From: Squalus acanthias
Taxonomy: Eukaryota
Length of the DNA: 64,000 bases
NCBI GenBank assembly: GCA_030390025.1
Contig: CM059433.1
Coordinates: forward strand, 23,934,001-23,998,000
Direction: 5' to 3'
Shown: positions 1 to 14,182 of the stretch, piece after piece
Layout of the letters: each line of letters opens with the position of its first letter
Position numbering within the stretch: position 1 is the stretch's first letter
The notes under the pieces: generated by a model
Databases searched by the model: none
What the model saw: the letters and a program-made list of their open reading frames with translations, nothing else
Told to the model about the DNA's origin: nothing
Made by a program: the position numbers and the translations under genes

Positions 1-775
1 AAATTAACTAGACATTTTGCGGCGGCGCTAAACACTACCGCCGCGATCTCCTGCGCCGGCAGATCGTGATGTCAGTCGAGTGCGCAACGCCCCAGTAGCG
101 CCCCGGAGCGGATATTGAGTGGCACCGCCTGCCGCTAGCAATGACAGGTTGAGGGGAGCGTTTTGCAGTCAGGAAGGGACTGGGGGAGCGCTATTTAAAG
201 GCGACTGCTTCCTGCCTTTTTTTGGTGGTGACATTTTTGCACCACGCATTCTGAGAGAGAGAGAGAGAAACTTCTGGAGAGATTTAACGCTGTGTGAAGG
301 AGTTTTGGGTACTGAGCAGCACTTTGCAGGTTCAGTTTCATTTGCCCTTCCTTGCATCTATTTAGAAGAGACTGTGGGGGCTGCACTCTGAGCTCTTTCC
401 CTGGTACTCTCCATTGTTCTATCCAGCAGATTTGATGTACAGGTCTCTCCAGGCCGAGATTCAAGGCTGCAATGAGCAGGATGTGAATGGAGAGCAAGAT
501 CAACCCTCCCCTTTAAGAACTGGCCGGCGTCATTGTGTCTGTGTTCCATTGCTGACTGACATCACACGAGCTTCGCCAGCGCTCTGAGTTAGCGCCTCGC
601 TCCTCGGCCTTTGCGCCTTAAGACAGGTGTGAAGCGCCTGATTTAGCGCTCCAATCACCTCCAGGGGCGATAAAAGCCAAGTTTGCAGTCGGAGGCGATA
701 ATTAGTGCCAGGCGCTAATCTTTGCGCCCGGACGATAATTGTGCCCCAAATGGGGCGATACTGAATTTTTCCCCC
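1..775. mobile_element. Harbinger-type MITE family A, partial (left end outside window)
   Basis: Ends in TIR ACTGAATTTTTCCCCC at 775; reverse complement of the complete copy at 24856-25740; GC-rich with internal (GA)n. Confidence 0.8.
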
Positions 776-882
776 TTTATCTATATACCACCTCTCTAGA
801 CTGTAGAGCTTAAGCTTCCCTACTCTTTCCTCATGGATGGTCACCATTACACTGGGATCAAGCTTGTTGCTCTTTGCTGCAT

Positions 883-3482
883 CATAAGAACATAGAATTA
901 GAAGCAGGAGTAGGCCATACGGTCCCTCGAGCCAGCTCTGCCATTCAATAAGGTCATGGCTGATCTTCGACCTCAACTCCACTTTCCTGCCCGATCTCCA
1001 TATCCCGTGATTCCCCTCGAGTCCAAAAATCTTATCTATCTCAGGCTTGAATATACTCAACGATTCAGCATCCACAGCCCTTTAGGATAGAGAATTCCAA
1101 AGATTCACAACTCTCTGAGTGAAGAAATTCCTCCTCATCGCAGTCTTAAATGGCCGACCCCTTATCCTGAGACTATGTCCCCTAGTTCTAGACACTCCAG
1201 CCAAGGGAAACAACCTCTCAGCATCTACCTTGTCAATCCCCCTCAGAATCTTATATGTTTCAGTGAGATCATCTCTCATTCTTCTAAACTCCAGAGAATA
1301 TAGGCTCAATCTCTCCTCACAGGACAACCTTCTCATCCCAGGAATCAATCTAGTGAACCTTTGTTGCACCACCTCTAAGGCACGTATATTCTTACTCAGA
1401 TAAGGAGACCAAAACTCTGCATAGTACTCCAGGTGTGGTCTCACCAAAGCCCTGTACAATTATTGCAAGAATTCCTTACCCTTGTACTCCAACCCCCTTG
1501 CAATAAAGGCCAACATGTCATTTGCCTTCCTAATTGCTTGCTGTACCTGCATGCTAACTCTCTGCTTCTTGTATGAGGACACCTAAATCTCTCTCAACAC
1601 CAACATTAAATAGTTTCTCACCATTTAAAAAATATTCTGTTTTTCTTTTTTTCCTACCAAAGTGAATAATCTCGCATTTCCCCACATTATACTCCATCTG
1701 CCACCTTATTGCCCACTAACCTAACCTGTCTATATCCCTTTGCAAGCTGTTGTGCCCTCCTCACAGCTTACTTTCCCACCTAGCTTTGTATTGTCACCAA
1801 ACTTGGATACATTGCACTCAGTCCCTTCATCTAAGTCATTAATATAGATTGTAAATAGCTGAGGCCCAAGCACTGATCCTTGTGGCACCCCACTAGTTAC
1901 AGCCTGCCAACCTGAAAATGACACGTTTATCCATACTCTCTGTTTTCTATCCATTAACCAATCCTCTATCCATGCTAATATATTACCCCCAATCCCATGA
2001 GCCCTTATCTTGCATAGCAACCTTTTATGTGGCACCTTATCAGATGCCATTTGGAAATCTAAATATGCTACATCCACTGGTTCCTCTTTATCTACCCTGC
2101 TAGTTACATCTTCAAAAAACTTTAATAAATTTGTTAAAGAAGATTTCCCTTTCATAAAACCATGTTGACTCTGCCTAACCATATTATGATTTTCTAAATG
2201 CCCTGTTGCCACTTCCTTAGTAATCGATTCCAGCATTTTCCCGACAACTGATGTCGAGCTGACTGGCCTGTTTTCTCGCTCCCTCCTTTCTTGAAGAGCG
2301 GGGTTACATTTGCTACCTTCCAATCCACTGGGACCGTTCTAGAATCTAGGGAATTTTGCAAGATCGCAGCCAATGCATCCACTATTTCTGCAGCCACCTC
2401 TTTTGGAATACTAGGATGTAGGCCATCAGGTCCAGGGGATTTGTCAGCTTTTAGTCCCATTTGTTTTTCAAGTACTTTTACTCTACTGATCTTAATTACT
2501 TTAAGTTCTTCACTCTCATTAGCCCTTTGGTCTCCCACTATATTTTGATATGCTTTTTATGTCTTCTACTGTGAAGACAAATACAAAGGGCTGGATTTTG
2601 TCTTGGGATCGGGTTGGGGTCGTGTCATCCGCATTTCGTTTGCCCCCCCCCCCGACTCCAGATTAATGTGGGAGATTGATGCAATTTTCACTTAATTGGG
2701 CAATTGAGTTCCAGCATGTGGGAACCCATGAACCAATTAGTGGTTTCAGTCTGAAAGTCGCCTCTGATGATGTCATCATTGCAGGTCAGAGACTGACTGC
2801 CTGGCCTTTGCTGTGAGTGGACCTGGATGCAAAATGAGGAGAGAGAGAGAATTTTTTTCTCATCCAGGTCCTCTCTCAGCAAGGCCAGGCACTCTCTGAA
2901 GACATTCAATGCAGCAGCATCAGAGGCGACTTTCAGACCTAATATTACTACCTTCATCACAATACTACTACTACCTTCATCACATCTCCGTTGTAATAGT
3001 GGACCTGCAGCTGATAGTCAGCTATCCACTTGTGCTCCCGCCAGGTTTCACTGGAGTGTTTCACATCAGGCGTACTTTACGTCGGAAAAGGGTTAAACTA
3101 TCTAAAACGTTTCAAAATGGCATTACAGAGCCAATTTAGGGCTTGTTAAGGGCTTTAATGGCCTCTCCCGCCTCTTGGAGGCGGGACGGAGTCGGGAACC
3201 CCGCGACCGATTTTGTCAAAATTGCGTGGAGTCGGGATGGGGTCGGGACCCCCGAATCTGCAACTTTAACCCCCCACACGCCTCCAAACCCGACTCCACG
3301 GGTCATTGAAAATCCAGCCCAAAATATTTGTTTATAGTCTCTGCCATTTCCTTATTCCCCATTATAATTTCTCCTGTCTTAGCCTTTAAGGGACCAACGC
3401 TTACTTTTGCTACACTCTTCCTTTTTACATACTTGTAGAAGCTCTTACAATCTGTTTTTATATTTCTTGCTAGTTTACTCAT
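883..3482 (-). mobile_element. CR1 LINE, 5'-truncated and decayed ORF2, split by a MITE at 2588-3320
   Basis: CR1 3' end at 883; RT fragments [29 protein letters not shown] in the ORF track; host sequence resumes after the MITE. Confidence 0.92.
2588..3320. mobile_element. Harbinger-type MITE family C
   Basis: TIR GGGCTGGATTTT...AAAATCCAGCCC; AAA on both flanks (3-bp TSD); inserted in a CR1. Confidence 0.85.
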
Positions 3483-4254
3483 CCTTGTCAATGTGTGTAT
3501 TCCCCTTTTATAGTGTGATGACTAAAACTAAACATTGTTTCATTGTCACTGGGTCATAATCATTGAATTTTCTACCTAACCCCATCATGAGAACATCACC
3601 ACTGCAAAGACTGCAGCAGCTCAAGAAGGCCTTGGACAGGTGATAAATGTGGTCTTGCCAATGTTGCCCACATGCTGAGAACAAATAAATAAAGTACTTG
3701 ATGTGTTGCATGAGCAGTGAATTATAAACCCTTAGAATATTCTCTATTTTCTTGTACGTTAATGTTTGAATTATATATCTCTGCATTCTATTAGCTTTAT
3801 ATTTGCTTCATCACATCGTCTAGATAATGAAAGAAAGAAATCTGCTTTTACAACTTAATCCCTTTTACAGTATTCTTGTGCTAGTTATATTTCATTCATT
3901 GTTATTTTTTTTCAACTATGCAATTGTTTGCATTTGTCGAAATCCTCCTGCAAGTAGTTAATTGTATCCTAATGAAATAGGGCTAACATCTAAAATTATT
4001 GGTGTGAAAAATAAAGTAGCTTTGGAATAAGGATCCAGTTATTACAGGAGTTTGTAGAGTATTTTACTAACTATTTGCTCATTTCAAAATAGCAGATTTA
4101 ATGCATTTTTTATGAAATTCTGCCTTTGGATTAAGGCAATATATAGTCTTGGTCCAATTTTTGAAATGAATCAGTTGTAACATAAGCACAAAATAATGAC
4201 TGCATCGGGTTTGTTTCCTTTTCATTTTTAATACATTGTTTTATCGTTTTACAG

Positions 4255-4369
4255 AGCTCCCTTTTGAAGTCCTCGTGTATATATTTCGATGGGTTGTGTC
4301 AAGTGATTTGGACCTACGATCCTTAGAGCAATTGTCCATGGTCTGTCGAGCATTTTATATTTGTGCAAG
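4255..4369 (+). CDS. FBXO9: F-box only protein 9, internal coding exon (F-box)
   Basis: cag|...|gt; translates [38 protein letters not shown], matching recalled vertebrate FBXO9. Confidence 0.96.
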
Positions 4370-5054
4370 GTACTATTTATGAATGAACAACCTGTACAAG
4401 AGTTCATTCTTTATTGATTTAGTTAGAAAAGTGAGAAAAAGATTTTAAGTTTTGCTTGTGAGATTCTTAAAGAAAATTAAATAGGCTTAGTGTGTATGTG
4501 TACCATGTGATGTGGCAATCATACAGATTACAACGGTTTTGGTTTAAATTCCTGATCTGTGCAGAGCGCTGATCTCACCCAAGTTGCACTGGGGCCACTG
4601 CATTTAGCCTCAGCAATCATGGTCTAAGTTTCCTCTCATCATCTTTATCCATATGTTAAGATCAGATATTTTCAGAGTACCTGGAAGAAGAATGAGATAC
4701 TGCTCTTGAGACTTGTTTGGAGCAGCGTGAGAGGCCAAAGACAGAGAGATATAATGGGAGGGCGGATTGAATTAGAGATCTAAATAGATGTCAGAATCAT
4801 GTTTACAGACACTTCAGATGCTTGATAAAATGTCACATAATCTGCTTTCGGCCTCACCATAAACTGTGAATGCGCCAAATTAGATTAGCAGAAGTACAAA
4901 TAAATCACGTGGAAAGTGTGTTTGGAGCCTCCAACAGTGATGAGGGAAGAAGCGAGTGGACAGATGTTTATGCATAAAACACCTTGCAGTAGGTAATTAG
5001 TGACTGAAGCATTTGATTTTTACGAGTTTCATTTTATTAATTTCTCTTTGTCAG

Positions 5055-5173
5055 AGATCCTGAAATCTGGCGCTTGGCCTGCCTGAAGGTATGGGGTAGG
5101 ACATGCAGTAGCTTGGTTCTGTATACTTCCTGGAGACAGATGTTTCTCGAAAGACCTCGTGTCCGATTTGATG
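5055..5173 (+). CDS. FBXO9: FBXO9 coding exon
   Basis: cag|...|gtgagt; [39 protein letters not shown]; phase matches neighbouring exons. Confidence 0.96.
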
Positions 5174-6789
5174 GTGAGTTGATAATGAGCAACCTAAATT
5201 TTAACTCTGTGTTATGTCGATTGTATAACTATACTACCTGTAGAAGAATCTTTCACTTGCTTTGTTGGTACTGATTTAGTTGGTGTTGGTGTCTGACAGC
5301 ATCTCCATGAAATTTGCAACATTTAAGATGTTTGAAATCCATTCAGTGATTTATAAAATATGGTACATGGGACATCTTAAGATTATTTGCATGACCAAAG
5401 AGATTTTTTGTTTACCTGTTCATTTTTAAAGAGTTCATCATTTTGCTTTGGTGCACATTTGCTCTACAATGTCATAGAATCATAGACTTTGCTGAGGAGG
5501 ATGTTAAAATTAATTTCCATGAGAGTATATGTAGAAATATATCGTCATTTTGAGTAATCATGAAAAGTTTTCGAAAAGCATATTTCACGCTTCTTTTTCT
5601 ACATTCTGATTTTTTTGGGGCGATTCATAGTTACTCTATTTTGGATTACATATTTACAGTATCCAGTTCATGATGTCGATAATCTGTTTAGAATATAATT
5701 ATATGAATCTTATCAAATGTAATACAAATGCCATTATGAAGTAATTTGCATAGTTTAAAGAATTTAACTTTGCAGTAATAACCTTAAATATAGCAGCGTT
5801 TTAGAATTGTATATACTGAAAATATAGAATTTCTGCTGTTCATTCTTCACTTGTTCTTCTATGATGGGCAATTATGTTAAATCACCAAATCCTGCAGCCA
5901 AAGAGTTTAGGTGCCTATTGTTTCATATATATATTTTAAAATTATTACTTCTTGCCAATCTATCTAAACTGTATGTTTCATTTATTTAGATGACACCTGC
6001 ATGACTAAACATGATTTGTGTGTCTCACAATACATTTGCAAATGTATTTTATTAAATATAATTTATTAAAAGTCTTGTACACTTTCACACAGGTCATGTA
6101 ACATGGTGTAATATCGCCTGTAAATGATGCAACAGATGATATCACCCTCAATCACAGGCAGATCTGTTGTGTCATGCAGACTGGCTCATTCTCCCCACAG
6201 TTGACTCCCAGCCATCACCGTCATTTTCTCAGAAAAGCCAAGCGGAGCCGCGACATTTCTCCAGTGAGAGGGAGAGAAAATCTGATAACATCTAGTTAAT
6301 GACATTGACAAAGACCTTGATGTAGTTTGCTAACCTGTCCCTTAACCAGTGTGTGGTGTAGGGAGACCAAAAGTGGGGGAAGGGAGGAAAAAAATAAATG
6401 CATTACAAAAAGAATTCCAGAATGTGAAGTGCAATCCCATTAACAGTTTCCAAAGTTTTAATTTCAGAAATGTCATTGCCAGATTGTGGCATGTACAACA
6501 ATGGGAAGCTCCAGGTGTGCTGTATGCCTGACATCTCTTTTCAACATGTCACAAATGGTATAACATACCTGAATGTAAACGTTCCAGTGTTTAACAAATG
6601 TATAGCTGAAGGAATCCACGAACACAATACCAGCATCAGAAAATATAAAATGTTAATTCTGATCTGTACTGAGTTTACTAAAAATGTAAATGTCTCTCGT
6701 TTAAAAGAAAGTCTTTATGGATCAGGTTTCTAATTTTTTTTTAAATGTTCGAGAAGATTTTCTTTTCCTCTTTCCTCCTACTCATTTCC

Positions 6790-7135
6790 TTTGAAGGTGT
6801 TGACTCCTTGTGGTCCGATACTGTCCTCACCCAAGTGGCCATACATCATGTGTGAACCTGGATAGTGAAGGTCCATATAGGGCATTTGATCATGGAGGGG
6901 CACAATAGCCGAGCCACATAATGTCCTCACCTGATGTCCCGATGTGCAATTTCAGCTGCAGTCATTGAATTTGGGAGTTGGCACCCAGACGGATTCTCCC
7001 GTCACTGAGGCAAACTTCAGTTTCCGTACCACCTGCCCACTGGGATTGGCTGATTCAGCACAGACTGATCTGGGATTTTTCAAATCTCTAGCTCGGCTAC
7101 TCACTACCTTAAACAGCTGAGCCATTGGGGAAGCC
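6790..7135 (-). mobile_element. Old tRNA-derived SINE, degenerate
   Basis: A-box-like head (ATGGCTCAGCTG on - strand) and TCTGTGCTGAATCAGC motif; similar remnants near 4550, 11350, 27750 and 29600. Confidence 0.45.
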
Positions 7136-7391
7136 GAGAGATCCTTATTATTCACTTTGTTTAAATTGGCAGGAATGCTGTCTGCAGTAGTAAAGATCTG
7201 ATTAGATGAAGCACAAATAACTATATAGGGTGTGGAGAAGCAGAAGTCCACTAATGGCATGATGCAGTGCACCTTCAAAGGTGCTGGTTTGAAGGAAGAT
7301 TTTTTTCCTATTGATTGCTTGGTTTAGATCATTGCTGATGGTATGCGGAAGAGATCTTCAGGTAAAGATTGACTACTATTACTATTATAAG

Positions 7392-8765
7392 TAGAATCAT
7401 AGAATGGTTACAGCATAGAAGGAGGCCATTCGGCCCTTCAAGCCTGTGCCAGCTCTCTGCAAGAGCACTTCAGCTAGGCCCAATCCCCCGCCCTTTCCCC
7501 GTAGCCCTGCAATTTTTTTTCCTTCAGGTACTTATCTAATTCCCTTTTGAAAGCCACGATTGAATCTGCCTCCACCACCCTCTCAGGCAGTGCGTTCCAG
7601 ATCCTAACCACTCACTGCATAAAAAAGTTTTTCTTCATGCCGCCTTTGGTTTTTCTGCCAATCACCTTAAATCTGTGTCCTCTGGTTCGCGACCCTTCCG
7701 CCAATGGGAACAGTTTCTCTCTTTTTGTACTCTTTCTAGACCCCTCATGATTTTGAATACCTCTATCAAAGCTCCTCTCAACCTTCTCTGCTCTAAGGAG
7801 AACAACCTCAGCTTCTCCAATCTATCCACGTAACTGAAGTCCCTCATCCCTGGAACCATTCTTGTAAATCCTTTCTGCACCCTCTCTAAGGCCTTCACAT
7901 CCTTCCTAAAGTGCGGTGCCCAGAATTGGATACAATACTCCAGTTGAGGCCGAACCAGTGCTTTATAAAGGTTCATCATACCTTGCTTTTGTACTGTATG
8001 CCTCTATTTATGAAGCCCAGGATCCTGTATGCTTTTTTAATCGCTTTCTCAACCTGCCCTGCCACCTTCAACAATTTATGCACATATACCCCCAGGTCTC
8101 TGTTCCTGCACCCCCTCTCGAATTATACCCTTTAGTTTATATTGCTTCTCCTCATTCTTCCTACCAAAATGTATCACTTTGCACTTTTCTGCATTAAATT
8201 TCTTCTGCCTAGTGTCCGCCCATTCCACCAACTTGTCTACGTCCTCTTGAAGTCTATCACTATCCTCCTCACTGTTCACTATACTTCCAAGTTTTGTGTC
8301 ATCTGTAAATTTTGAAATTGTGCCCTGTACACCCAAGTCCAAATCATTAATACATATCAAGAAAAGCAGTGGTCCTAGTACCGACTCCTGGGGAACAGCA
8401 CTGTGTACCTTCCTCCAGTCCGAAAAACAACCGTTCACCGCTACTCTCTGTTTCCTGTCACTTAGTCAATTTCGTATCCATGCTGCCACTGTCTCTTTTA
8501 TTCCATGGGCTTTAACTTTGCCGGCAAGCCTGTTATGTGGCACTTTATCAAACGCCTTTTAGAAGTCCATATACACCACGTCAACCGCATTGCCCTCATT
8601 AGCCCTCTCTGTTACCTCATCAAAAAACTCAAATCAAGTTAGTTAAACACGATTTGCCTTTAACAAATCCATGCTGGCTTTCCTTTATTAATCCACACTT
8701 GTCCAAGTGACTGTTACTTTTGTCCCAGATTATCGTTTCTAAAAGCTTCCCCACTACCGAGGTTA
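7392..8765 (-). mobile_element. CR1 LINE 3' fragment
   Basis: RT remnants (VRPQLEYCIQFW, KFTDDTKLG) and CR1 3' tail (TAGAATCATAGAA on + strand). Confidence 0.92.
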
Positions 8766-10545
8766 CTGAAGTAATCTATATCTCTTTGTCATAAAGTTTT
8801 TTGTATCTGTTTTGCACATCAAATTCGTCACCTACATTAAGCCATTGGTCAGTTTTCTTTTTGCATACTAGCTAAGTATTTTAGGACAATTTTTTTTTTA
8901 AGAAAAGAAAATGTTTTGCAAAGTTACTCCACAGTTTTCTCACATACAGGATAATAGATTGACACGTTTAAGGTTGCCGGCATGGCTGTGCACACATTGG
9001 GAACTGCATATTGTTTGTGGTTCAAGAGAATATGATCAATCCCTGAGGTTTGGCTGAGTCAGGGGAATCAAGTGTCCTGCCTACCTATATGATAGGTCTA
9101 GAGCCGTTTGTGGGGTGCTTGGATGGGGTTGTTAGTTTGTGATCCCATTCTGACCTTGGGAGGTGGTCTGAGTCATGTGAGCTGACAGAAAAGGGCTCCA
9201 GACCTCTCAAGTTCCAAATGGACTTCATACATTATCCGTTCTGATTAGCATTTAGATGTTTCACCCACATATTTTGTTGTGGGCAGTTGTATTTTGCCAT
9301 AGTGGAAGAATAAATCTTGCAGTGAAAGTTGCGCTCACCTGTGTGTTGCAGGAGGGTCTCCCTCTCCAGGAGCCTGGCCCAGCAGTGGTATGGCCATTGG
9401 TCTGCAGAGATTGAGAGTCCATTGCGCTCTTTGTGGCCTCTCAGACTGCTTCCCAGGATAGTGGAATGTAAGGGCATGAGCAGAATCTGTTTAGTAATGT
9501 CCCTTTCTGGCCATCATTCCTTCAGTAGGAATTCCCGAGAGAGGGGTGCAATCTGTGGAGCATTTGTAAGATGCAGTATGCTCAGTATATTCTCTTGAGC
9601 TGGTCCTCATGCATTCTGCTTTAGGTGCCAGTAGTGAGCTTCTACTTTCACACTTCTCTCCATTCCTCATCCATTAGATGGCACTTCAGGTCCTGTTCTC
9701 AGCTTTTTTTGAGCTTTCTGGGCCTTTCTCTGACTGGAAGGCATACACGGTGCAGGGAATGTAAATATGTCTGCAGGCATCCGTCTGGGAGTAGAAGTAT
9801 AGTTCCAGGAGAAACTTCTGTTCGATATTTTTAAATTGTTTAATTTTTTCTTAGCAAAGCCACAGATCAACTTGAATGTGTAGATATATATCCTTTCTTT
9901 TCTCCTGCCATTAGTTTTTGCAAAGCCATAATCTGCTTTGCAGTGCAGATTGCACCTTTTACTTTGTCAGTGCAGTTGTCCAATGTTTTCTCTAGAAGTC
10001 AAAGACTGCTTGCGTTGGTTTTCTGGTTACCATATCAAAAATGTTTCTACACTTTTCATTGGACTGTAAGCATGTGGTTTTATTCCCCTTACTACATTTT
10101 TGTCCTGTACTCAGAATTGTAATACATTTAGAATTGCTACAAGTTGGCTTGAAGAGGAATTGTATGAAGAAAATTATGTACAGCTTTCATCATATTGAGC
10201 CTCTACTAATCGTGGAGGGTTAAGATCAAAATCACTAAACAATTTGAAATTTTAGTAAAGATACTTACTCTTCGTTTTAAAAAAAAAATAATGCAATCCT
10301 TACTGGACCTTTCTTCAGCAAATATAATCTTAAACATCAACAATATTTGGAAGCAAAAATTAGTTTGGACAATACTCCTTAAAGCAAGCCATTTTCCTAT
10401 AGCTAATTTAAAAGTAAACTCCTCAAGCATGTAAATAATAGGCATTTAAAAAGAAAAAAAAATCAGAGTAATGGTGATAATTCAAATGTTTTGAGATTTA
10501 TGTACTGATACTTGATATCTTCTAACAGTGTTGATATTTTTGTAG

Positions 10546-10636
10546 GTGTTTATATCAACAAAACAACCTATATACGTCAAGGAGAGGAGTCTCTGGATGG
10601 TTTTTACAGGGCTTGGCATCAGGTGGAATATTACAG
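10546..10636 (+). CDS. FBXO9: FBXO9 coding exon
   Basis: tag|...|gtac; [31 protein letters not shown]. Confidence 0.96.
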
Positions 10637-11427
10637 GTACATTATCTTCTCTGTCTTTTAAAACAAGACAAGATCATTAGAGGGGAATGGCATCTACATA
10701 GATGATCAAAACATTAAATGTGCCGGTGTTGTATTAACATGCACATGTTCCTTCCTAGGCTGGCTTGTTTGAAGTCAATCTCATAACAGTAGCTAACAGA
10801 GTCTATATACTATAAATAGTAGATTTGTGCAAATTAGATAAAGATGGGTCAAGGTGTGATACTTTTAAAGGAGAATTTGCCCTTTTAGGTCTTCCATGTT
10901 TTTTTTTTAAACTCTTCTAATTGGTAGGTGAAATCCTCATTTTTTAAACTTATATCCCTACATCTACATAGAGTCCTTACATTTGAAGTTATGAAGTCCG
11001 CAGAGCTCAACTGACACTAGCCATGGATCCAGTCAGCAAGTGGCTCAGTTGAATCAGTGAGACGGGCATCTTGAATGGTTAGCTAGAGTTATTGATCATT
11101 TTGGGCCCTCAAGAACTGCTGTTTACTTTATGCACCATCCCAATTATAATTTCCTTTAACTGATACATTAAAACACATATATCAGAAAAGTACTTTGGGA
11201 TCTCAGAAATATATTATCTAAATTACATAACATTAGTTAATTAAATACTAAATTACTGAGTACCACGTAATAGATTTTTTCGAAGTTCATGAATTTTACT
11301 GGCATGTTCAGCAGAACCTTTGTTTGAAACAGAACATGACACTTCTCAATGGTTCAGTGGGTAAATGCAAAACTTGGTGTGGCACTGAAGCCTACAAATC
11401 AGGGAGGATTTCAAGTTAAACATTCAT

Positions 11428-11640
11428 TAGGGATACGGTAGCATAATGGTTATGTTACTGGACTAGTAATCCAAAGGCCTGGACGAATGATCTGGAGACA
11501 TGACTTCAAATCCCACCATGGCAGCTGGGGAATTTAAATTCAGTTAATTAAATAAATCTGGAATAAAAAGCTAGTATCAGTAATGAAATTACTAGATTGT
11601 CATAAAGATCCATCTGATTCACTAATGTCCTTTAGGGAAG
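11428..11640 (+). mobile_element. tRNA-derived SINE fragment
   Basis: A-box-like TAGCATAATGG, B-box-like TTCAAATCC, followed by SINE body. Confidence 0.6.
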
Positions 11641-11860
11641 GCAGAGTCAGGCAATGTTATGGAGGTGGATGTAGGACTCTTGGTGATGGAGCGGATATGT
11701 GGTTGGAAGCTCAGATCGTGGTCAAATAGGACACCAAGGTTCTGCACAGTTTGGTTCAGCCTCAGACAGTGGCCAGGGAGAGGGATGGACTCGGTGGCTA
11801 GGGAACGGAGATTGTGACGGAGCCCGAAGACAATGGTTTTGATCTTCCCAATATTTAATA
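11641..11860 (-). mobile_element. L2 LINE RT C-terminal fragment
   Basis: LNIGKIKTIVFG...VQNLGVLFDHDLSFQPHI. Confidence 0.75.
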
Positions 11861-12904
11861 AAAACACTGTCTAGATTCATGCCTGAAGAATAGCTACTTG
11901 GGCAAGGTAGCAGAAAACTGTCAGCAAATGTGGAATTGTACCTGTTTTAGGTCTTTATAGAAATGCATTTTCTGTCTGAATTGATTCACAACAGTTCCTA
12001 TGATCTCCCCCCCACCCCACCCCTGCCCCATGATCTGAAAGCTTGAATTTAGTTGATCACAAAGTTTTGTGATCTGAGGATTAATAATGAGCTTATTTGC
12101 AGTCGTCTACTTACTGGAGATATGTAATATCATGTTATACTATCAATCAATTCAAGTTGGCAGTGTTGAACAGATTTTGTAGGCTAAATATATTTATTCG
12201 CAGCTAAATAGAAAGTGAAGCACTAAAGTTTGGTGAATACTAACAAGGCAACATACATTTTTTAATATATACATAGTTAAAAATCTGTAATGAGTTAATT
12301 ACCTTTAGTAAGATATGCAATAGTTTTTCTGTTTTGCAAAGTGACTTCAGTAGTCTTGTCTTCTCGTTGCACTTTGATACTGTTACATTACAGAACAAAA
12401 TTTCTCAAGTAGAATTTAAAAAGAGAATGTCAGAATATATGCAAGTAGAGCTCGACTGATTCACATGATAGCCATAAATATCATATTTCTGTCTACGCCG
12501 GTTTTCAGACATTCACAGTGGGTGACTCATTGGCTCATTCTGGTTACAGGAAATTCTGCTATTTGCATTGATGCAGCCATGAGCAATTTAAATCGGCAAG
12601 CAACTTCTGATATAGAAACAAAGGACCACTGCTTTATCTCTTAAACATGAGATATCATCCGAACAGGAAATGAGCACACTGAACATATTTGTGATGGGAC
12701 CCATACTCGAACATGAGTTACCAACTTGAGAGGAGGAGGTGGTAACTTTTGATTTCTGTTACAAATATGTTCAGTGTTTTTGCCTCATTTCTTAGTTCTA
12801 ATTGGGGGCGCGGGGCAGGCATGATGTGATAATCATTTAGATCTAATGGCCCTTTGTGATTATAATTCTTTAAAGAAATATACTGAAATGCTACAATTCA
12901 TTGT

Positions 12905-13360
12905 CAGTCTTAACTCAATGATAGCACTCTTGCCTCTGAGTCAGAAGGTTGTGGGTTCAATCCTCCCCTCCAGAGACATAATCTAGGCTAGCACTTCAGT
13001 ACAGTGCTGAGGGAATGCTGCACTGTCAGATGTGCCGTCTTTCAGATGAGACGTTAAACCGAGGACCCGTCTGTCCACTCAGGTAAACATAAATCCCATG
13101 ACATTATTCAAAGAAGAGTAGGGGAGTACTCCCGGTGTCCTGGCCAGCGTTTGTCCCTCAACAAACACCTTTTTAAAAAAAATATATATATATATTTAAA
13201 TGATCTGGACATTTATTTCACGCAGTTTGTGGGATCATTCTGTGTGCAAATTTGGTGCTGTGTTTCCTACTGTGCTTCAAAAGTAATTCACTGGCTGTAA
13301 AGTGCTTTGAGACTCCCTGAGGCTGTGAAAGATGCTATATAAATGCAAATTCTTTATTTA
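12905..13360 (+). mobile_element. Deu-domain SINE (SacSINE1/AmnSINE-like)
   Basis: tRNA-like head (GGTTCAATCC), Deu core GTGCCGTCTTTCAGATGAGACGTTAAACCGAGG, tail GCTATATAAATGCAA. Confidence 0.8.
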
Positions 13361-14182
13361 CAATGAATGTAACTTAATATATAAGAGTAAGAAGCCCACT
13401 GGAGTTTCATTGAGTGGCAGGATGTGGGGGAGTCCTCAATGTCACCCTACCATCAAGAACAGATGAAACATGAAAGTTGTGTGCTTACACAACTAGAAAG
13501 GGGACTATTACACACATCCTGGAGGCTAGTAGTGGTATTGGAAGATGTTTGAATTATTCAGGAGGTAGTGAGTGATGTGGGTGGATGAAGAGGAGAAAAT
13601 TTTAAATGGTTTGCAAAACATTTTATTGTTTTTTGTTTTACTAAAAGTTCATTGATGTAGCTAAAAACCCAACATTCAATATTGTTCACTAAGTTTAGCC
13701 AAGAATCCTGTATGCAGTACCAAACATGCAGTGTACATAAATCTAATAGTTTTGTCTGTAGTAGCTGTCTTGCGATCGTCTGTCAGTTTTCTTTGTTCTT
13801 ATTGGATAGGTGTGTGTCATCCTTTTTTTACTCCAGTAAGTCATTCTTTCAAATTAGTTTTTTTCTTATTTTATTTCACCAATCGCATTGAAAAAAATCT
13901 TTATTTCCCTCACAAAAATACCTTCCAAATCACTTTAGAAAGAAACAAACTCTATTTTCATTTCAGCCAAAAAGAATTTTCTCCAAGATACAGCTGCATG
14001 GCAGTTCTCCATGCATTCCACTATAGATGCTTAAAAATAGCACTTAGAACATAATCACACACAAAAATTCAATAATTCCCCCAAAAAATTGGCGACGTTC
14101 ATCCCATCTTCTACAATTGCTCCAACAACTACAATCCGCCCACCCTGTGCGTGGCCTGCTGCAACCTGCACAATGCAGAGTT

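Noticed and set aside
119..1075. ORFs in MITE A and across the CR1 3' end (also 25082-25538)
   Set aside because: Chance ORFs in GC-rich repeats; frames differ between the two copies and show no recognisable domain
1119..1403. Recurrent MKKFLLI... ORFs (also 21397, 22747, 43897)
   Set aside because: Antisense shadows of CR1 ORF2
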